A DNA stretch of 64,000 nucleotides from positions 64,001 to 128,000 of the IMG/VR virus record IMGVR_UViG_3300020120_000082; one strand, given 5' to 3'. The position numbers and the translations under genes were made by a program. Positions 61,980-64,000 of this stretch are shown piece by piece (the stretch's first letter is position 1; every line of letters begins with the position of its first letter). Source of the stretch: a virus (taxonomy: Duplodnaviria > Caudoviricetes). Below the pieces are notes generated by a model, which made no database searches, was not told where the DNA came from, and saw only the letters and a list, made by a program, of their open reading frames with translations.

Positions 61980-62603
61980 ATGCGCATTCTGGATCTATTT
62001 TGTGGTGCTGGTGGCTCGGCCTGGGGATTACATCTGGGATTTCCGCTGGCAATAATCGTTGGCGTCGACAAATTCGAGCAGCCGCATTACCCATTCGAGT
62101 TTCACCAGGCGAATGCGATCGATTTTGACCTAAGTGGGTATGATTTCATCTGGTGTTCCCCACCCTGCCAGGCGTATTCACCATTGAAGAGCTTGGCCAG
62201 GAAAGATCATCTGGCGCTGATCGACGTTATGCGGAGCAGGCTGGAAAAGCAGACGACTCCGTATTGCATTGAGAGCGTCTCGGGAGATCCGCTGCATTAC
62301 CCGGTGGTTTTGTGCGGGATGATGTTTGGGCTGGGGACGTACCGGCACCGCTACTTCGAGACCAGCTTCAAAGTAGAACGCTTGAGCCATCCGGGGCATA
62401 AGCGACCGACTCAGGTGCTGGGAAAGCCGCTCAAACCAGACGAGATGATGACCATCGTCGGTCACTTTTCCGGTGCCGCCCAAGCTCGCAAGGCTATGGG
62501 AATTGAGCATTTCATGCCCCAATCCGCTCTTTCCCAGGCCATCCCCCCAGCCTATTCGAAGTACATCGCGGGCTTTATTCCAGTCAAAACCAATTCCAAC
62601 TGA
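61980..62603 (+). CDS. DNA cytosine-5 methyltransferase (short phage type)
   Basis: LDLFCGAGG, FIWCSPPCQ, CIESV (ENV variant), LCGMMFGL..RHRYFE, QAIPPAY. Confidence 0.88.
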   Translation: MRILDLFCGAGGSAWGLHLGFPLAIIVGVDKFEQPHYPFEFHQANAIDFDLSGYDFIWCSPPCQAYSPLKSLARKDHLALIDVMRSRLEKQTTPYCIESVSGDPLHYPVVLCGMMFGLGTYRHRYFETSFKVERLSHPGHKRPTQVLGKPLKPDEMMTIVGHFSGAAQARKAMGIEHFMPQSALSQAIPPAYSKYIAGFIPVKTNSN

Positions 62604-62627
62604 GACGGTTTTCCAAAAAATTATGAG

Positions 62628-62903
62628 GTGTTTCAAATTAGAACGTTGTCACAATTGACATCGCTGTTATTCTCGATTACACTGTCATTCGTGACAACAG
62701 TAAAGCGCAAGTTAGTAATAAAGCTGGTTGATCAAACCAAGAAAGCGGGTGTATCGTTCAGGCAGATTGAGCGAGACACCGGCATTGGCTTGTCGAACCT
62801 GAGCCGGATCAGCCGTGGAAAGCAGCGACCCAGCTTTGAGACGATCCAGGCGCTCTGCAACTACTTCGAATGCACCCCCGGCGATCTACTGAAGATGGAA
62901 TGA
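62628..62903 (+). CDS. XRE/Cro-CI HTH transcriptional regulator
   Basis: SFRQIERDTGIGLSNLSRISRGKQRPSFETIQALCNYFECTPGDLL; the true start may be GTG near 62691. Confidence 0.85.
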   Translation: MFQIRTLSQLTSLLFSITLSFVTTVKRKLVIKLVDQTKKAGVSFRQIERDTGIGLSNLSRISRGKQRPSFETIQALCNYFECTPGDLLKME

Positions 62904-63054
62904 CATGACGCCCATTGTGTTTTTGGTGGCGCTCTTTTTTCTGGCCTGGTCGGCAGGCATGGGAGCGCTGCTGTTTTTGCTGATCAGCAAGTTAGTCGGC
63001 TGGTTTGTGGGTGCTGGTCTGAAGACCAACCGTCTCAAGAAATGGGGCTAAGCT

Positions 63055-63372
63055 ATGCCAGATCAAGCTTTGATTGATAGGACCAGGAAGTACATCCAGG
63101 ACATGCAGGATAGATTCCCAGGTATCCGGTCCTGGTGCGCTTTTACCAGAATGGGCGAGCGTTATTCGCTCGGGATGCTCATCTACGACACGCAGGTTAG
63201 CCTGGATGGGCCAGCTTATGTCTTGGAAGTGGGCTCGAACGAACTGGGCAAAATCATGCTCATGCCAGATAGCCAGGAGTCCATGCAGTTGATGATGACA
63301 GGGGAACAGTACCGGGCCTATATTGACTCGGCGGGCAAGACGGTGCCACCCGGTTTCCAGGCGGTGGAATAG
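63055..63372 (+). CDS. Hypothetical protein
   Basis: 105 aa in the plus-strand operon. Confidence 0.65.
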   Translation: MPDQALIDRTRKYIQDMQDRFPGIRSWCAFTRMGERYSLGMLIYDTQVSLDGPAYVLEVGSNELGKIMLMPDSQESMQLMMTGEQYRAYIDSAGKTVPPGFQAVE

Positions 63373-63374
63373 AC

Positions 63375-63632
63375 ATGACCATGTACTTTCGCAAGCCGGT
63401 GATTGTGGATGCAGCCCAGTGGTTCCCGGAGGTTGGGGATGGGATCCAGGATGTTTATCCGACTCCCACTGGAAAGTACGCGATTATCCATCTGAAGAAC
63501 GGTGGCCAGCGGGTGGTTGGGCCGGGTGATTGGTGTGTGCGTGAGCCGGATTTGAGCATAAGCGTCTACAGTTCAGAAGAGTTCCATGCCATGTACGAGG
63601 AAGTCTTTCCTGGATATAAGGGCAAGAAATGA
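63375..63632 (+). CDS. Phage hypothetical protein
   Basis: YFRKPVIVDAAQW...PGDW...FHAMYE pattern. Confidence 0.75.
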   Translation: MTMYFRKPVIVDAAQWFPEVGDGIQDVYPTPTGKYAIIHLKNGGQRVVGPGDWCVREPDLSISVYSSEEFHAMYEEVFPGYKGKK

Positions 63633-63859
63633 ACAGACGTCAATTCATTAAGTTTATTCTGGCAACGCCGCTCCTGGCAGTTAAATGGCCGGAAACGCAC
63701 CACTCGGATAAGTCAAATGAAGATGCTTTGACTTTCAACGGCATTGAGTGGGTTAGTAGCGATCAATATGACTTGGAAAGATTGCGAGCCGCTATTGCCG
63801 ATGCGCAGAGCAAGCCCCTGGTCTGGCGCAATAACTTGAAAGTTCGGATACTACGGTAG
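63629..63859 (+). CDS. Hypothetical protein with twin-arginine-like N-terminus
   Basis: MNRRQFIK plus a hydrophobic stretch. Confidence 0.55.
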   Translation: MNRRQFIKFILATPLLAVKWPETHHSDKSNEDALTFNGIEWVSSDQYDLERLRAAIADAQSKPLVWRNNLKVRILR

Positions 63860-64000
63860 TGGAAATTCACGAGAGTCCCTATCAGCCAACCGGCTGCGAG
63901 ATGGTTGGACCATTTCAGCACACAGAATATAAAGTCGTCGCAGACGGCTATGTTCTGCCCTACATGACCGCTTATCCACTGAATGCACAGAACACGGAGT

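Noticed and set aside
1-64000. Genome-wide TAG (or TGA) reassignment
   Set aside because: Well-defined genes (UvrD helicase, DnaB-like helicase) end at TAG where their domains end, with the next RBS/ATG immediately after. Coding density is already high with the standard code.
1-64000. Host or taxonomic assignment
   Set aside because: There are no marker genes in the window. Sigma70-like promoters and AGGAG RBSs only indicate a bacterial host.

Overview
This window is a 64-kb segment of a large dsDNA bacteriophage (or phage-like) genome. It contains no virion, terminase or integrase genes. Positions 1-60.9 kb are an almost uninterrupted minus-strand run of tightly packed genes. A replication module lies at the left end (DnaB-like helicase, RNase HI, UvrD-like helicase). 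About 50 kb of short, often acidic hypothetical genes follow, typical of an early, host-takeover or anti-defence region. Recognisable members include an Ocr-like DNA mimic, a macro-domain protein, an HD hydrolase, a HicA-like protein, an amino-methyltransferase, two HNH endonucleases and tRNA-Arg(TCT). One plus-strand cassette (ParB-methyltransferase plus PD-(D/E)xK nuclease) interrupts the run. Transcription switches to the plus strand at about 62 kb (C5 methyltransferase, XRE HTH). The most unusual signals are non-coding: (1) a roughly 340-nt RNA with a circularly permuted tRNA-like core and hexamer repeats directly behind a conserved coiled-coil gene; (2) a 1.8-kb tract at the strand switch saturated with CTCAG/CTGAG and free of GATC, CCWGG and TCGA; (3) six exact copies of a 16-bp palindrome, mostly between a stop codon and the next RBS; (4) a repeated hairpin+GCRTTTAAS element in front of the putative earliest genes; (5) a tRNA split by an HNH+tRNA-Arg insertion; (6) three genes with single in-frame stop codons. 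All protein family calls come from motif recognition by eye, not database searches, and counts are manual.
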